64,000 nt of DNA from Alphaproteobacteria bacterium (GTDB lineage: Bacteria > Pseudomonadota > Alphaproteobacteria > Rs-D84): contig JAFZXK010000009.1 of NCBI GenBank assembly GCA_017616785.1, positions 1,612 to 65,611 of the forward strand, in the 5' to 3' direction. Below are positions 47,113-57,606 of the stretch, piece by piece. The first letter of the stretch is position 1. Every line of letters starts with the position of its first letter. The translations under genes and the position numbers were made by a program. The notes below the pieces were generated by a model. It made no database searches and was not told the origin of the DNA. It was given only the letters and a program-made list of their open reading frames with translations.

Positions 47113-48849
47113 TCACTTTCTTCTTTGTGGTAGCCAAGATTCTTTTATATCAAGAGTCTTTGACAAACTTAATATATCTGTTATTGCTTGCTTAAATTTT
47201 TGCTTGTTAAAAAAACGACGCATGCATTCAGGCATATATTTTGTTTTTCTTAATTTCGATATACACAATTCTCTAAAGGACTTGTTATTTGAAAAACAAC
47301 AGTTTCCCAATTCTTCTAATTCTGGAGCATTTAATTTTTCGATATTTTTACTATGTCTAAAACAACCATTCCCCATTTTCTTTAATTTTGGCACATCTAT
47401 TTCCTTTATCTCTTCCGTACATTCAAAGCAATCGTCACCCATATCTGTTAATTTTGCCGCAAATAGTTTCTCAAAAATTCTATTTTTGCAAAAACATGCA
47501 TTACCCATAACTTTTAATTTCTGTGCTTGTAGCTCCTTTAGCCCGCTATTATGCATAAAGCAATTATTTTCCATTTTTTCTAATTCCGGTATATTTAACA
47601 CTGTGAGAATTTCATTTTCAGCAAAACACCCCATTTCCATTAACTTTAATCTTTGAGCGTCCAATCTCATCAAACATTTATTTCCAATAAAACAACTGCT
47701 CCCCATATTTGTTAATTCTGGTATCCATAATTTTTCGAGCATCTCAGCATTTCTAAAACACGCGTACTTCATTATACGCAACTTTGGAGCATATAATTCT
47801 CTTAACACATGATTAAAAGCCAAAAATCTTGGGGCAAGAATCTCCGCTTTATACAAATGCAAACTTGTTATACATCCTTTTTTGACCCTACACAATTCCC
47901 CTACATCTCTGTTTTCATTTATTAAATTTACTATTGTCTCACCAGTTTCAATATCCTTCTTTATTTGTATTTTATTGTTTGATATTTCGTTTTGTAATAC
48001 TTCTGGTTCATCTCTGATCAATACACTGTCTTTAACTACACTTCTTATACTTCCGTTCCGAACATCTAAAACAACCCAATCTAACATTATCTCATAACTT
48101 GTTTTCAAAGGTGTTATTTCAGAACCAGTAAAATAATATTTTTCATCAAAGTATACATTATCTATTTCATAATTAAACCTACATAATTGACCATTTATTA
48201 ACCGATAATTATCCGGCATCTTTGCTTCAGATGTCATAAAATTAACACTAAACTTACTCTGCAACGATGCCGTTAACCCAGATATTATATTATCAGGATT
48301 ATTATTAAATGTTGCATCTGGATTATTAATCGTATGATTATATCTATTTTTTATTGATATAAAACCACCAGTTTTAGCAATTTGTATAGATATAACAGAC
48401 GTTCCGTATTTATCTTCTCTCTGTGGATTTCTGCTACGTTTTATATTTTTAACATCTTTTTTTACTGCATGAATAATATAATATTGTTTATATCTATCCG
48501 GATCTTTAAAAGTACATAACTCTTCATTTGGTGCAAAATACTTTTTTATACTATTTTGTTGTTTCAACGTTTGCACATAAAAAGCATCATAACCAGCATC
48601 AGACAATAGTTCTATGGGATCTTTATTTACTTTTGGTTTTGCTCGTACTTTTTGCGCTTTTGTACGTATCTCTCTTAACACACTGATTAAATTATGCGCA
48701 TCTTTTGGATCTTTACCCGCATACTTTAATATATATTCCAAATTTGGTACATCTAGCAAAACATTTTCACGTAATATTTTTGCAAAATCTTCACCATTTT
48801 GTTTTTTTATGTTTTTATACATTTTTTCCGTATCTATAACTATAGACAT
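47113..48849 (-). CDS. BspA-type leucine-rich-repeat protein with unknown N-terminal domain
   Basis: The C-terminal ~230 aa form about 10 repeats of ~23 aa (xLxxLxxPxLxxMGxxCFxxxxx). Very AT-rich. The ATG at 48849 is preceded by GAGGA. Confidence 0.75.
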   Translation of the reverse strand: MSIVIDTEKMYKNIKKQNGEDFAKILRENVLLDVPNLEYILKYAGKDPKDAHNLISVLREIRTKAQKVRAKPKVNKDPIELLSDAGYDAFYVQTLKQQNSIKKYFAPNEELCTFKDPDRYKQYYIIHAVKKDVKNIKRSRNPQREDKYGTSVISIQIAKTGGFISIKNRYNHTINNPDATFNNNPDNIISGLTASLQSKFSVNFMTSEAKMPDNYRLINGQLCRFNYEIDNVYFDEKYYFTGSEITPLKTSYEIMLDWVVLDVRNGSIRSVVKDSVLIRDEPEVLQNEISNNKIQIKKDIETGETIVNLINENRDVGELCRVKKGCITSLHLYKAEILAPRFLAFNHVLRELYAPKLRIMKYACFRNAEMLEKLWIPELTNMGSSCFIGNKCLMRLDAQRLKLMEMGCFAENEILTVLNIPELEKMENNCFMHNSGLKELQAQKLKVMGNACFCKNRIFEKLFAAKLTDMGDDCFECTEEIKEIDVPKLKKMGNGCFRHSKNIEKLNAPELEELGNCCFSNNKSFRELCISKLRKTKYMPECMRRFFNKQKFKQAITDILSLSKTLDIKESWLPQRRK

Positions 48850-48967
48850 TTTTATCCTCACTTTATACGCAAACTATAACACAAAACAGCATATCTTTCA
48901 AACTCGCGTTTCGCCCACACACCACAACCACACTTCGCGTCTGCGACGCTTCGTGTGGCAGGCCTTA

Positions 48968-49870
48968 TCAATAATAAATATCAATTGGCACGTTGTGGCC
49001 CTTGCAGAAATTTATAAAGAAATCAACAAACGCACGCACTTTCGGTGATTCGGCGATTTCCGTCCTGCACATACACTGTGTTTCCATTTCATATTCAAAA
49101 TCCAGATTATCTAAACAAACAAGGTTTTCACTGCTTTCATGAAACCACGACGGAAAAACCGTAATACCATCACCATCGTTCACCAACCTATATATCAACG
49201 CCAACGAATCGGATATAGTATTTAGGTGCTTTGCTCGTTTTATAATACTTTGGCATTCAGGCAAATTCATATAGCGGTAAACCATACACAAATCATGAGT
49301 TTCTAATAAATCATTTATATTTTGTGGGGCGCCATGCGTGGCCAGATATTTCTTGCTGGTATAAAACTTTAAGTGCGTTTTGAATTTGAACAAGACAGTT
49401 CCGTGAATATTTGGATGCAACTTTGGTTTAATAATCAGAACATCCATCTCTGATATATCCGGTTCCTTGCGCATCAGTAATTCCAAACGAAGTTTTGGAT
49501 ACTTTGCATAGAATTCGGACAAATCTTTCATAATAAAACTGCCAAACAAACCTTCTTCGGTCCACACAGACATAGCCCCAGACAAAGAATCTATATCCAA
49601 AAAATTTTCCGAGATTTTATTAAGCAATTCTTCTATGGCGCATATATCACTATATATAATCTGGGCGGAATTTGTTGGCAAACTTCCATCAAAACCGCGG
49701 TTGATAAGTTTAGTATCAAATCTATCTTCTAAATCCTTGATCAACTGGGACATATTAGAATTTTTTATACCGTTTTCGTTGGCGGCAATTTGAATACTAC
49801 CCTTATCAACAACCTCTCTCAGTGCAAGTAATTCTTTCAATAAAATAAGTTTTGTTTTTAATGTCGACAT
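48968..49870 (-). CDS. LysR family transcriptional regulator
   Basis: N-terminal wHTH (LLALREVVDKGSIQIAANENGIKNSNMSQLIKDLEDRF) plus a substrate-binding-like C-terminus. Confidence 0.8.
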   Translation of the reverse strand: MSTLKTKLILLKELLALREVVDKGSIQIAANENGIKNSNMSQLIKDLEDRFDTKLINRGFDGSLPTNSAQIIYSDICAIEELLNKISENFLDIDSLSGAMSVWTEEGLFGSFIMKDLSEFYAKYPKLRLELLMRKEPDISEMDVLIIKPKLHPNIHGTVLFKFKTHLKFYTSKKYLATHGAPQNINDLLETHDLCMVYRYMNLPECQSIIKRAKHLNTISDSLALIYRLVNDGDGITVFPSWFHESSENLVCLDNLDFEYEMETQCMCRTEIAESPKVRAFVDFFINFCKGHNVPIDIYY

Positions 49871-49913
49871 ACCTTTATATTATACAGATAAAACACTTTG
49901 TAAACAAAAATAT

Positions 49914-50141
49914 TTAATCGCGAATACATTTTACAAATTCTTCCAATGTTTTTCCAGTGGAATTCAATATTTTTGCGATACTGCCTGTGGACGGCCATCT
50001 TGGCTGACCATATTTCGACCAACGTTTGCTCTTGTTAAATGTTGTCGCATCCAACCCAGAAAATTTTGCCAGCCCCGAACAGGACATATTGTGTTGAAAC
50101 GCGAATTTATCGATTGCTTGCCATATATCTTGATGTGTCAT
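49914..50141 (-). CDS. small HTH (XRE/repressor N-terminal-like) protein
   Basis: IWQAIDKFAFQHNMSCSGLAKFSGLDATTFNKSKR pattern. Confidence 0.55.
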   Translation of the reverse strand: MTHQDIWQAIDKFAFQHNMSCSGLAKFSGLDATTFNKSKRWSKYGQPRWPSTGSIAKILNSTGKTLEEFVKCIRD

Positions 50142-50445
50142 ATTGAACTCCTTTTTTCTGTTTTGCACATAGACATTATATATATTCCTGGGAAATTTGT
50201 TTTATCCCGTTTTTGTGTATCGGGTTTATAAAAAGGGTAAATCATAGGAAACAAAATCACGCAACCCATTGTAAATCCGGAAAAAAATAGGTATAAAAAG
50301 ACAAGTATAAAAAAGTAAAACATTCCTATTTTTGCATATATTACCAAATGGTATCAGTGCGCATACATCACAAAAAAATCAATTTTTTTATTGATAAAAA
50401 CCCGCAATTCTGCGGGTGTTATCTAAAATCATTATATTTCTTGCT

Positions 50446-50739
50446 TTAATACGCCATATTCGACAAACCGTAATACAAATACACACTAAGCAAGATTGTG
50501 CAAACAACGGCAATTATTGCAAAAGCATTTTTACGCGACGGTGCCATCGCACGTATTATAAAGAACTCTACAATTGTCGTCAATGTGTACGGCAATACCA
50601 TTATGGTCCACCAACTTGCACCGACACCAAAAACCTTATAATACGCATACGGGACAAAGAACCAAACCACAACCCATACAGGCACCAATAAAATCCAACG
50701 AATTATATCAAAAACATTTGTATTTGCATCTGACGACAT
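50446..50739 (-). CDS. small membrane protein
   Basis: 97 aa with three hydrophobic helices. Confidence 0.45.
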   Translation of the reverse strand: MSSDANTNVFDIIRWILLVPVWVVVWFFVPYAYYKVFGVGASWWTIMVLPYTLTTIVEFFIIRAMAPSRKNAFAIIAVVCTILLSVYLYYGLSNMAY

Positions 50740-50817
50740 ATAAAACTCCTTTTTTTACAAAAGAATTATATCATAAAACATGCCATTTTTCAATTTTCAT
50801 ATGAACGAAGTAAAATT

Positions 50818-51708
50818 CTAGAAATTTCGCATTTCACCCTGTTCATTCCAACCTTCAATTTGTTCAATAGCATTCAGAAATTCACCCCACTCATATTCAT
50901 CAAGTTCGGACAATTTTTTATCAACATCCACACCCAATTTTTCTAAATCTCTTATATATTTTGGTGTATTATTTTCAAAACTCGGCGCATACAATGGTAT
51001 CGCTTCTCTTGGGGTTTTGTTTTGATATTTCTTGGCGTTTTCCAAAAGAAAACGAATCGCGAACCTGCCTTTTTCATAACTATCAAATGCCGCATACTTT
51101 CCACCCGGTTTCGTATCTATTAAAACACACTTATACGGACTATCACGTAAAGCCCCCGGATTAAAAAATCTCCACGCAATACTCCCCCCCCTGCGTGTAA
51201 ATCCGCCTATACCAGATTTGCTCGTATACTCAATATGCATTTGTGAACCATCAACTTTTTTAATTGAATACTCGCAATCTTTTTCACCAATTTCAGTAGT
51301 CACCAATCCTTTAGCAAAATCCAAACATTTAAGTTTACGTTTCAATTGCAACATAAGTATTGTATCAAAATCTTTTGGTTTTAAATCTTGAAAGGCCACA
51401 TCACATACATGATTTACGCCACTTATTGATACAAATCCGCCAGTTTTCGATAACATATCATTATATGCATCTATTACATTTTTTAACACAGTGACATCAT
51501 CCAATTCACTTATAGAAATACTTGAATATTCTGAAACCATATTTGCAAAATTTCTTTCAATTACAATGCGCGCAACTTCGGGTTCAACGTATATTAACCG
51601 ATCATCTCCGCCTTCACATAATGCTACACACGGCAATAAACACCACAAACACACAATTGATGCCACAAAAAAAGACCAAAAACTTTTCACCTTAGCGCCT
51701 CCGAACAT
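50818..51708 (-). CDS. secreted hypothetical protein
   Basis: 296 aa with a signal peptide. C-terminal block SIAWRFFNPGALR...YAPSFENNTPKYI. Confidence 0.55.
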   Translation of the reverse strand: MFGGAKVKSFWSFFVASIVCLWCLLPCVALCEGGDDRLIYVEPEVARIVIERNFANMVSEYSSISISELDDVTVLKNVIDAYNDMLSKTGGFVSISGVNHVCDVAFQDLKPKDFDTILMLQLKRKLKCLDFAKGLVTTEIGEKDCEYSIKKVDGSQMHIEYTSKSGIGGFTRRGGSIAWRFFNPGALRDSPYKCVLIDTKPGGKYAAFDSYEKGRFAIRFLLENAKKYQNKTPREAIPLYAPSFENNTPKYIRDLEKLGVDVDKKLSELDEYEWGEFLNAIEQIEGWNEQGEMRNF

Positions 51709-52658
51709 TTTTCTGTAACATCAACAAAATCTTTTATCACCTTTATCTGTGTTGCATTAAATATCGTTGCTGTGGCACTTGCCAAAGTACCACCAACAGC
51801 AAGCACATTTGCCGCGACATTTAAATTTTTTTCTTTTTGCCTACCTTGGTTACTATCATCTTTTCTAACTTTATCCGAATTCGCCAACACGCTTGTTATC
51901 ACACCAACAACGCCTGTTCCGGTTCCAACCGCCGAAGAAACCATGCCACCTTTGGCAAGGTTATTTATCCTTGCTATATTATCTGCATCAACATATTCAA
52001 GACCTTGGCATACAGACTCTATATTTATTGCTTCTGCGACATCGATACCATCTATTCTTGCTTGCGCAATTGCCCTACGCAGATTTTGTAAAGATACTTT
52101 GCAATTCTGTATTTGTTCCGACAAACTTATATCAACTTTATTTTTCCCACTAAGCACAACACCTGCAATATTCGTTGCAGTATTGCCAGCCATCAATCCC
52201 GTTCTCCAATTTCCAAGTTTTTTGCTCTTTTGATCAAGCGCACGTATTTGTTCAATTTGTTCATTTGAATCGTTATCAAGGGTACTATTTACTACAAATT
52301 CCGCATTATTTTCAGAACTTTCTTGAAAAATTTTTAACCATTCTTCCGAATCCAATGTTTCTACATCACCTGATGCTCCATAAGACAAATTTTCCAACAA
52401 CTTGTATTTTTCTTCAATCAACACATCAGTTTTTGACTTAACAATTCCAACAACTGTTGCACCAATTCCCATTGCGGTTCCGGCCCCCGCAACCGCAGTA
52501 CTTATACCGGCCTTGACCTTCATATCTTGTAAATAACCATCTATGCCAACACAATTGTTATATGTTGCACGTAATGCGCTTTCCACATCCAATACCGCCG
52601 CGTTCGCAACAGCACAACACAATATTCCGATCGCAAAAAAGATAAATGGTTTATACAT
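51687..52658 (-). CDS. secreted protein with four Gly/Ala-zipper hydrophobic segments
   Basis: Signal peptide. AGISTAVAGAGTAMGIGATVVGIV, GLMAGNTATNIAGVVLSG, GMVSSAVGTGTGVVGVITSVL, AANVLAVGGTLASATATIF. Confidence 0.55.
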   Translation of the reverse strand: MYKPFIFFAIGILCCAVANAAVLDVESALRATYNNCVGIDGYLQDMKVKAGISTAVAGAGTAMGIGATVVGIVKSKTDVLIEEKYKLLENLSYGASGDVETLDSEEWLKIFQESSENNAEFVVNSTLDNDSNEQIEQIRALDQKSKKLGNWRTGLMAGNTATNIAGVVLSGKNKVDISLSEQIQNCKVSLQNLRRAIAQARIDGIDVAEAINIESVCQGLEYVDADNIARINNLAKGGMVSSAVGTGTGVVGVITSVLANSDKVRKDDSNQGRQKEKNLNVAANVLAVGGTLASATATIFNATQIKVIKDFVDVTEKCSEALR

Positions 52659-52719
52659 TCTTTACAGAAAGTAATTATACCACAAAATTATATAAAATCC
52701 CACCTATTACCCACGATAT

Positions 52720-53430
52720 TTAATATTTTCTTAATGGTTCATGACATTCGCCATCGCCTTCCTTTGGACAGCACGCAAAATTCAGATGTTCAACCTGCTT
52801 AAATGTTTCGCCGGCACAGCATCCATATTGATTCGGTTTTGTGCCATCATCACACAAACCACCTGCACGATTTGCATCTATCTGCGCTTGGCGTGCAGCG
52901 GCGGCCGCGGCCTCTTCGGCCGCGATTTCTTCAGGTGTCTTTTCCGGCACCGGCGGTTCAGTTGAAATTTCTATATTCGGAACTTCAACATCCATTACCG
53001 GATTCACATTTCTATAATTGTGTACCGGACGCCGCGCCGCACGTGGTGCACACTGATTGCGTTGCCGCGACAACATATATTCCAAATCGGCTTTCAATTC
53101 CGGATAAGATTTTACATCTGCACGCAACTCATCAACACGCGTATTTATTTCATCACAAGACAACCGGTCGGCAACCGCGCGTGGCGCTGGAACTTCGGCC
53201 GCCGCATCATCCGATGTTTCCGATTCGATTGCGATTTCCACTTGTTCTGGTTCAACAATTTCAACACTGTCAAACATTTCTTCATCAATCAAATCTTCAA
53301 CATCATCAAATACTGCGGCTTCTTCGTATTCAAAGTCCAACGCATCATAAACATCATCCTCTGCACACACCAGTGACACCGCACATATAGCCCACAAAGC
53401 CGCAACTATTCCGATTATCTTAACCTGCAT
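52720..53430 (-). CDS. secreted acidic protein with Cys-rich C-terminus
   Basis: Signal peptide, Asp/Glu-rich N-terminal half, and C-terminal CDDGTKPNQYGCCAG...ACCPKEGDGEC. Confidence 0.5.
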   Translation of the reverse strand: MQVKIIGIVAALWAICAVSLVCAEDDVYDALDFEYEEAAVFDDVEDLIDEEMFDSVEIVEPEQVEIAIESETSDDAAAEVPAPRAVADRLSCDEINTRVDELRADVKSYPELKADLEYMLSRQRNQCAPRAARRPVHNYRNVNPVMDVEVPNIEISTEPPVPEKTPEEIAAEEAAAAAARQAQIDANRAGGLCDDGTKPNQYGCCAGETFKQVEHLNFACCPKEGDGECHEPLRKY

Positions 53431-53445
53431 AGCGAATTCCTTTGT

Positions 53446-54246
53446 TTATTCTTCTATGACCTTTTGAAGTTCCATTATGAAATCGATTCCGGGGTCTAAC
53501 ATCTTTTCAATTTTATTCAGGTAACGCCGTGCTTCGTTTTGCATCTGTAACTTTTTATATGTATTGATTGTGGACCGAACTTCACGCGGATTCACATCAC
53601 TTGCATTTATGCGCACACCATCCGCAATTTGCAATTCATCCAACGCGTTTTTGCGATACAGTTCAACATTTTCTTCGCATCCATCTTCGGCAAGTTTCGA
53701 ATATACTTCGGCATTATTCAAATGGCATTCCGAAACATACTGATTCGTATCGCATCCCGAAATAATACGACGACTCAATGCGCTTTCAATTTCACGACAT
53801 GGCCGTTCCACCGATTCGTTGTTTTTCTTTTGAATACCCGTCAAAGCATCCATATATATCCGTTCATTTGACGCCATTTCTGAAAAGTAATCACGATTTT
53901 CTACACAGCCCGTATTAAACAAACGTTTATAAATCAACATATTACTTTGATGCGCATTAAAAGCCCCGGGATGCGTATCATCTATATTTCTTGCAAGCCG
54001 AGTTTTCAAAACTTTTTCGTTTATTTGACATGGGGTCTGTGGTTCCGGGTCAACGATTTCGACAACTTTTTCTTCTTCCTTTACTTCGCCCTTTACGGCG
54101 GAATCCGTCGCATTCACGATTTTATGACCAACCGGCGAAAGCCCCGTCATAACCCCACACCCAAATATACCAGCCAATAAAACCCACGCCCATATTTTCT
54201 GTTTGCGTGAACAGATATAGCAATTTTCACAATTTGTGTTTTTCAT
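53446..54246 (-). CDS. membrane-anchored hypothetical protein
   Basis: 266 aa with an N-terminal CxxC cluster plus a TM helix and repeated Cys-containing helical units. Confidence 0.5.
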   Translation of the reverse strand: MKNTNCENCYICSRKQKIWAWVLLAGIFGCGVMTGLSPVGHKIVNATDSAVKGEVKEEEKVVEIVDPEPQTPCQINEKVLKTRLARNIDDTHPGAFNAHQSNMLIYKRLFNTGCVENRDYFSEMASNERIYMDALTGIQKKNNESVERPCREIESALSRRIISGCDTNQYVSECHLNNAEVYSKLAEDGCEENVELYRKNALDELQIADGVRINASDVNPREVRSTINTYKKLQMQNEARRYLNKIEKMLDPGIDFIMELQKVIEE

Positions 54247-54278
54247 TTTTCTTCTCTCCTTTTTTTGTTTAATTTTTT

Positions 54279-54989
54279 TTATTTAACTGTTCCGTTTTTG
54301 ATGGTTATGCGTCGGTCGGCACGATTGGCCAATGACATATCATGCGTAACGAACAACATCGCCATTTTATTTTTTCGCACCAAACTAAGCAACAATTCAA
54401 AAACCGCAATTGCATGATTTGGATCTAAACTGCCCGTTGGTTCATCGGCAAGCAATATATCCGGATTATTCGCAAGTGCCCGCGCCACCGCGGTCCGTTG
54501 CTGTTCCCCACCGGACATTTGTCCCGGCAAATGTGATGCACGATGCGCAACATTTGCGTTCTTTAACAAATCCATCGCACGCCGCGCCGCCAAATCAGAA
54601 TCAACACCATTTGCCAACATCGGCAACATAACATTTTCAAGTGCCGTAAAATCTGACAACAAATTATGCCGCTGATACACAAACCCCATTTTCCGCCGAC
54701 GAATCATCGTCCGCATTTCATCACTCATTTTATGTATCGGTGTCCCAGACACAATAATACTGCCCCCCGATGGTTTGTCTAATAAACCAACACATTGCAA
54801 CAGTGTTGATTTTCCCGACCCCGACGGTCCAACCAACGCAACAATTTCACCACGATGCAAATCAAACCCACCGCCGGTCAAAATATGCAATGGTTGCCCA
54901 CCCTCGATAAAGGTCTTTTTTATATCACGCACCGACAGGACGACTTCGCCCTTTTTCACCTTCGATAAAGAATTCAATATCGACGCCAT
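54279..54989 (-). CDS. lolD: lipoprotein-releasing ABC transporter ATP-binding protein LolD
   Basis: Walker A GPSGSGKST, signature SGGEQQR, Walker B LLADEPTG. Confidence 0.9.
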   Translation of the reverse strand: MASILNSLSKVKKGEVVLSVRDIKKTFIEGGQPLHILTGGGFDLHRGEIVALVGPSGSGKSTLLQCVGLLDKPSGGSIIVSGTPIHKMSDEMRTMIRRRKMGFVYQRHNLLSDFTALENVMLPMLANGVDSDLAARRAMDLLKNANVAHRASHLPGQMSGGEQQRTAVARALANNPDILLADEPTGSLDPNHAIAVFELLLSLVRKNKMAMLFVTHDMSLANRADRRITIKNGTVK

Positions 54990-55005
54990 TTATAAAATTT
55001 CCCCA

Positions 55006-56259
55006 CTATTCATTCCGTAAAACCTCTACTGGGTCGGTGTTTGCCGCTTTCCATGCCGGATAAATTGTGGCCAAGAACGCAAGCGCAATCGCAATCAGCG
55101 CTATTCCCACCACAGCCGAAAATTCCACACGCGACGGCAATTCCGACAAATAATATAACTCCGCCGGAAACAGGTCATGCCCCGTTATCCACTGAAAGAA
55201 TCGCCGTATCGGTTCGATGTAAATCGCAACAATAACCCCAAGTAATGTTCCAAACACCGCACCAATAACACCAATGCTTGTTCCCGACAAAATAAATATA
55301 CGCATCATCGAACGCCGCGAAACCCCAAACGTCCGCAACACCGCGATATCTTTGGATTTGTCCTTTACCAACATCACCAGTGATGAAACTATATTAAACG
55401 CTGCAACAATAACAATCAACATTAAAATTAAAAACATAACATTAGATTCAACTTGCAATGCGCCAACAAATCCACGATTCAAATCACGCCAATCACGAAC
55501 GATGTAACCATCAGGCAAAACATCAATCAACGCGTCACGCACCGCGTCTGTATCATCGGCATCGCGCAAGAACAAATCGATATGCGTAACCGCATCGCCA
55601 AGGTTCAGATATTTCTGTGCGGTAACCAGTGGCATAAATATATATCCCGAATCATATTCATACATACCCATAAAGAACGAAGTTTGCACCGGATACGACA
55701 TAACGCGCGGCATTGTTCCAAACGGTGTCGGCGTTGCATTATCGGCGGAAACAAGTGAAACACTTTCACCCATATGCACGCCCAAATTCCGTGAAAGCGT
55801 TGAACCAATTATAAGTTCCCCATCACGAATGTCCGCCAAATCGCGACCATACATACGCACCCCGCTGTTGGTTTTCGTCATCAAATCATCCATACGAATA
55901 CCGCGCACCATCGCCCCAGAATTTTTACCATTTGCGGTAACCATAACCTGACCTTCGGCGATTGGAACAACGGCGGAAACGGCCCGCGCGATATTTTTAT
56001 TTTCCATCATTTTTTCGGCCAAGAAATCATAGTCCGCAATTGCGCCATCTTGGTGATACACAACGACATGACCGTTCATACCAACAATCCGCGCAAGCAA
56101 TGTATCATGAAAACCGCCCATCACAGACATCACGACAATAAGCGTTGCAACACCCAACATAATTCCAACAAGTGATACCCACGACACAACCGAACCAAAC
56201 CCGCGACGCTTTGCGGCCAAATATCTAAATGCAATTTTTCGTTCCAACTTTGTAAACAT
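55006..56259 (-). CDS. lolE: lipoprotein-releasing ABC transporter permease (LolC/LolE family)
   Basis: MFTKLERKIAFRYLAAKRR..., FtsX-type 4-TM topology with a large periplasmic loop. Confidence 0.85.
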   Translation of the reverse strand: MFTKLERKIAFRYLAAKRRGFGSVVSWVSLVGIMLGVATLIVVMSVMGGFHDTLLARIVGMNGHVVVYHQDGAIADYDFLAEKMMENKNIARAVSAVVPIAEGQVMVTANGKNSGAMVRGIRMDDLMTKTNSGVRMYGRDLADIRDGELIIGSTLSRNLGVHMGESVSLVSADNATPTPFGTMPRVMSYPVQTSFFMGMYEYDSGYIFMPLVTAQKYLNLGDAVTHIDLFLRDADDTDAVRDALIDVLPDGYIVRDWRDLNRGFVGALQVESNVMFLILMLIVIVAAFNIVSSLVMLVKDKSKDIAVLRTFGVSRRSMMRIFILSGTSIGVIGAVFGTLLGVIVAIYIEPIRRFFQWITGHDLFPAELYYLSELPSRVEFSAVVGIALIAIALAFLATIYPAWKAANTDPVEVLRNE

Positions 56260-56261
56260 TT

Positions 56262-57605
56262 TTATTCCTTTAACCAATCGCGCAACGCATCACCAACCAA
56301 TGGCGAATCGTCCGGAACATCCGCCGGGTTCACAATAGAAACAATTCGCGGCGACATAAATATAACCAATTCCGCAAACGGGCTTATCAATGTTTCCGGT
56401 GTTGTTACAAACGAATGCGTCGGGATACCGATTATTACATAGTTATCACCGACACTGGACGGAATTGTGAACGAAGAAAGTTCCCCGTTACTTGTGCGCA
56501 AAACAATTTTTGCATCGATTTTATCTTTGCCACCAAAATCACCATACTTTGCGGTTGCACCGACAATCAAGTCCGTTTCCAACCTTTCTTCTTTTCCGCA
56601 TTGTCCAATATCAAAACGCGATTGCCAACCATCAGGCACAACAAAATGTCCCTGGGAAATCAAGACAACGTTTGCCTGTTGCGCCAAAAATTCTTGAAGT
56701 GTTTTGGTATTCACCTCTGGCCCAACAACCAAAGTCCGCCCAACGACACCCGGTATCGACATCTTTATATTCTTTTCACCGAACGCCGGCAACATATTCA
56801 TCCAAATAATTGGATTATCAGTGCGCGGGTAAACACGATACACATCCATATCCCACGCCATCACATATTTTTTTGATGCGATATCAGAAATTATACGTGC
56901 GACTTCGCGTTCGGTTTGATAGTTTCCTTCGAACACCAATGTATTGTCGGCCCAATCAACGATAACATTGCGCACATCCGCACCATGCATAGCGTCCAAA
57001 ATCGCCATTACAATATCTTCATTTTTTGGCATTTTAATAAGCCATTTTCCATGACTAAACAATTTTAATTCGCCAAGTTTTTCATCGTACGAATAATACG
57101 CACGCCCAAGATGAGTAATCAAATCGACCGCATCGGCAAGATTTCCACCAACAATAGCCCCAGATATTCTTTCAAAAATTTGTTCTTGTTCAATAACCGC
57201 GATATCCGTCCCCGCCAACAATTTATCCAAAGTATCACGCACACTTTGCTTTCTAAAATCATAATTCGACACAGTTAGTTCCGGCAACGGGTCCCCAACA
57301 TTCAAACGAACGATTTCAATCTTTTCATCCGGCACAACCGACACAACCGATTGCGCATCCCAATCAACCGTACACCGCCGCGGCAATTCAACTGAAAAAC
57401 GCCGCGCCGTATCGGTGGTAAGCGCCGCCTTTTTGGGAAAAATCGGTACCGAATTATCATCTATGACCAAATTATCAACAACCTGAATTGTATTGTATTC
57501 AACAAATTCGATATCATCCGGCTGTGCAACCTCCATACATCCGGCAAGCCCGATTGTGGCAAAAATCCAAATAAAGTATTTTAATTTTTTCATCTTTAAC
57601 CCCAT
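56262..57605 (-). CDS. lipoprotein, unknown function
   Basis: Lipobox GLAGC. 447 aa. Its stop overlaps the lolE region. Confidence 0.55.
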   Translation of the reverse strand: MGLKMKKLKYFIWIFATIGLAGCMEVAQPDDIEFVEYNTIQVVDNLVIDDNSVPIFPKKAALTTDTARRFSVELPRRCTVDWDAQSVVSVVPDEKIEIVRLNVGDPLPELTVSNYDFRKQSVRDTLDKLLAGTDIAVIEQEQIFERISGAIVGGNLADAVDLITHLGRAYYSYDEKLGELKLFSHGKWLIKMPKNEDIVMAILDAMHGADVRNVIVDWADNTLVFEGNYQTEREVARIISDIASKKYVMAWDMDVYRVYPRTDNPIIWMNMLPAFGEKNIKMSIPGVVGRTLVVGPEVNTKTLQEFLAQQANVVLISQGHFVVPDGWQSRFDIGQCGKEERLETDLIVGATAKYGDFGGKDKIDAKIVLRTSNGELSSFTIPSSVGDNYVIIGIPTHSFVTTPETLISPFAELVIFMSPRIVSIVNPADVPDDSPLVGDALRDWLKE

Positions 57606-57606
57606 G

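Noticed and set aside
47075-47656. A 193-aa ORF on the plus strand.
   Set aside because: It lies antisense to the LRR-repeat region, and its repetitive translation mirrors the LRR periodicity. It is a shadow ORF.
47113-47800. Tandem ~66-72-bp periodicity in the DNA (possible VNTR or array).
   Set aside because: It is the nucleotide image of the degenerate protein-level leucine-rich repeats of ORF 47113-48849. The copies are too diverged to be a DNA-level satellite.
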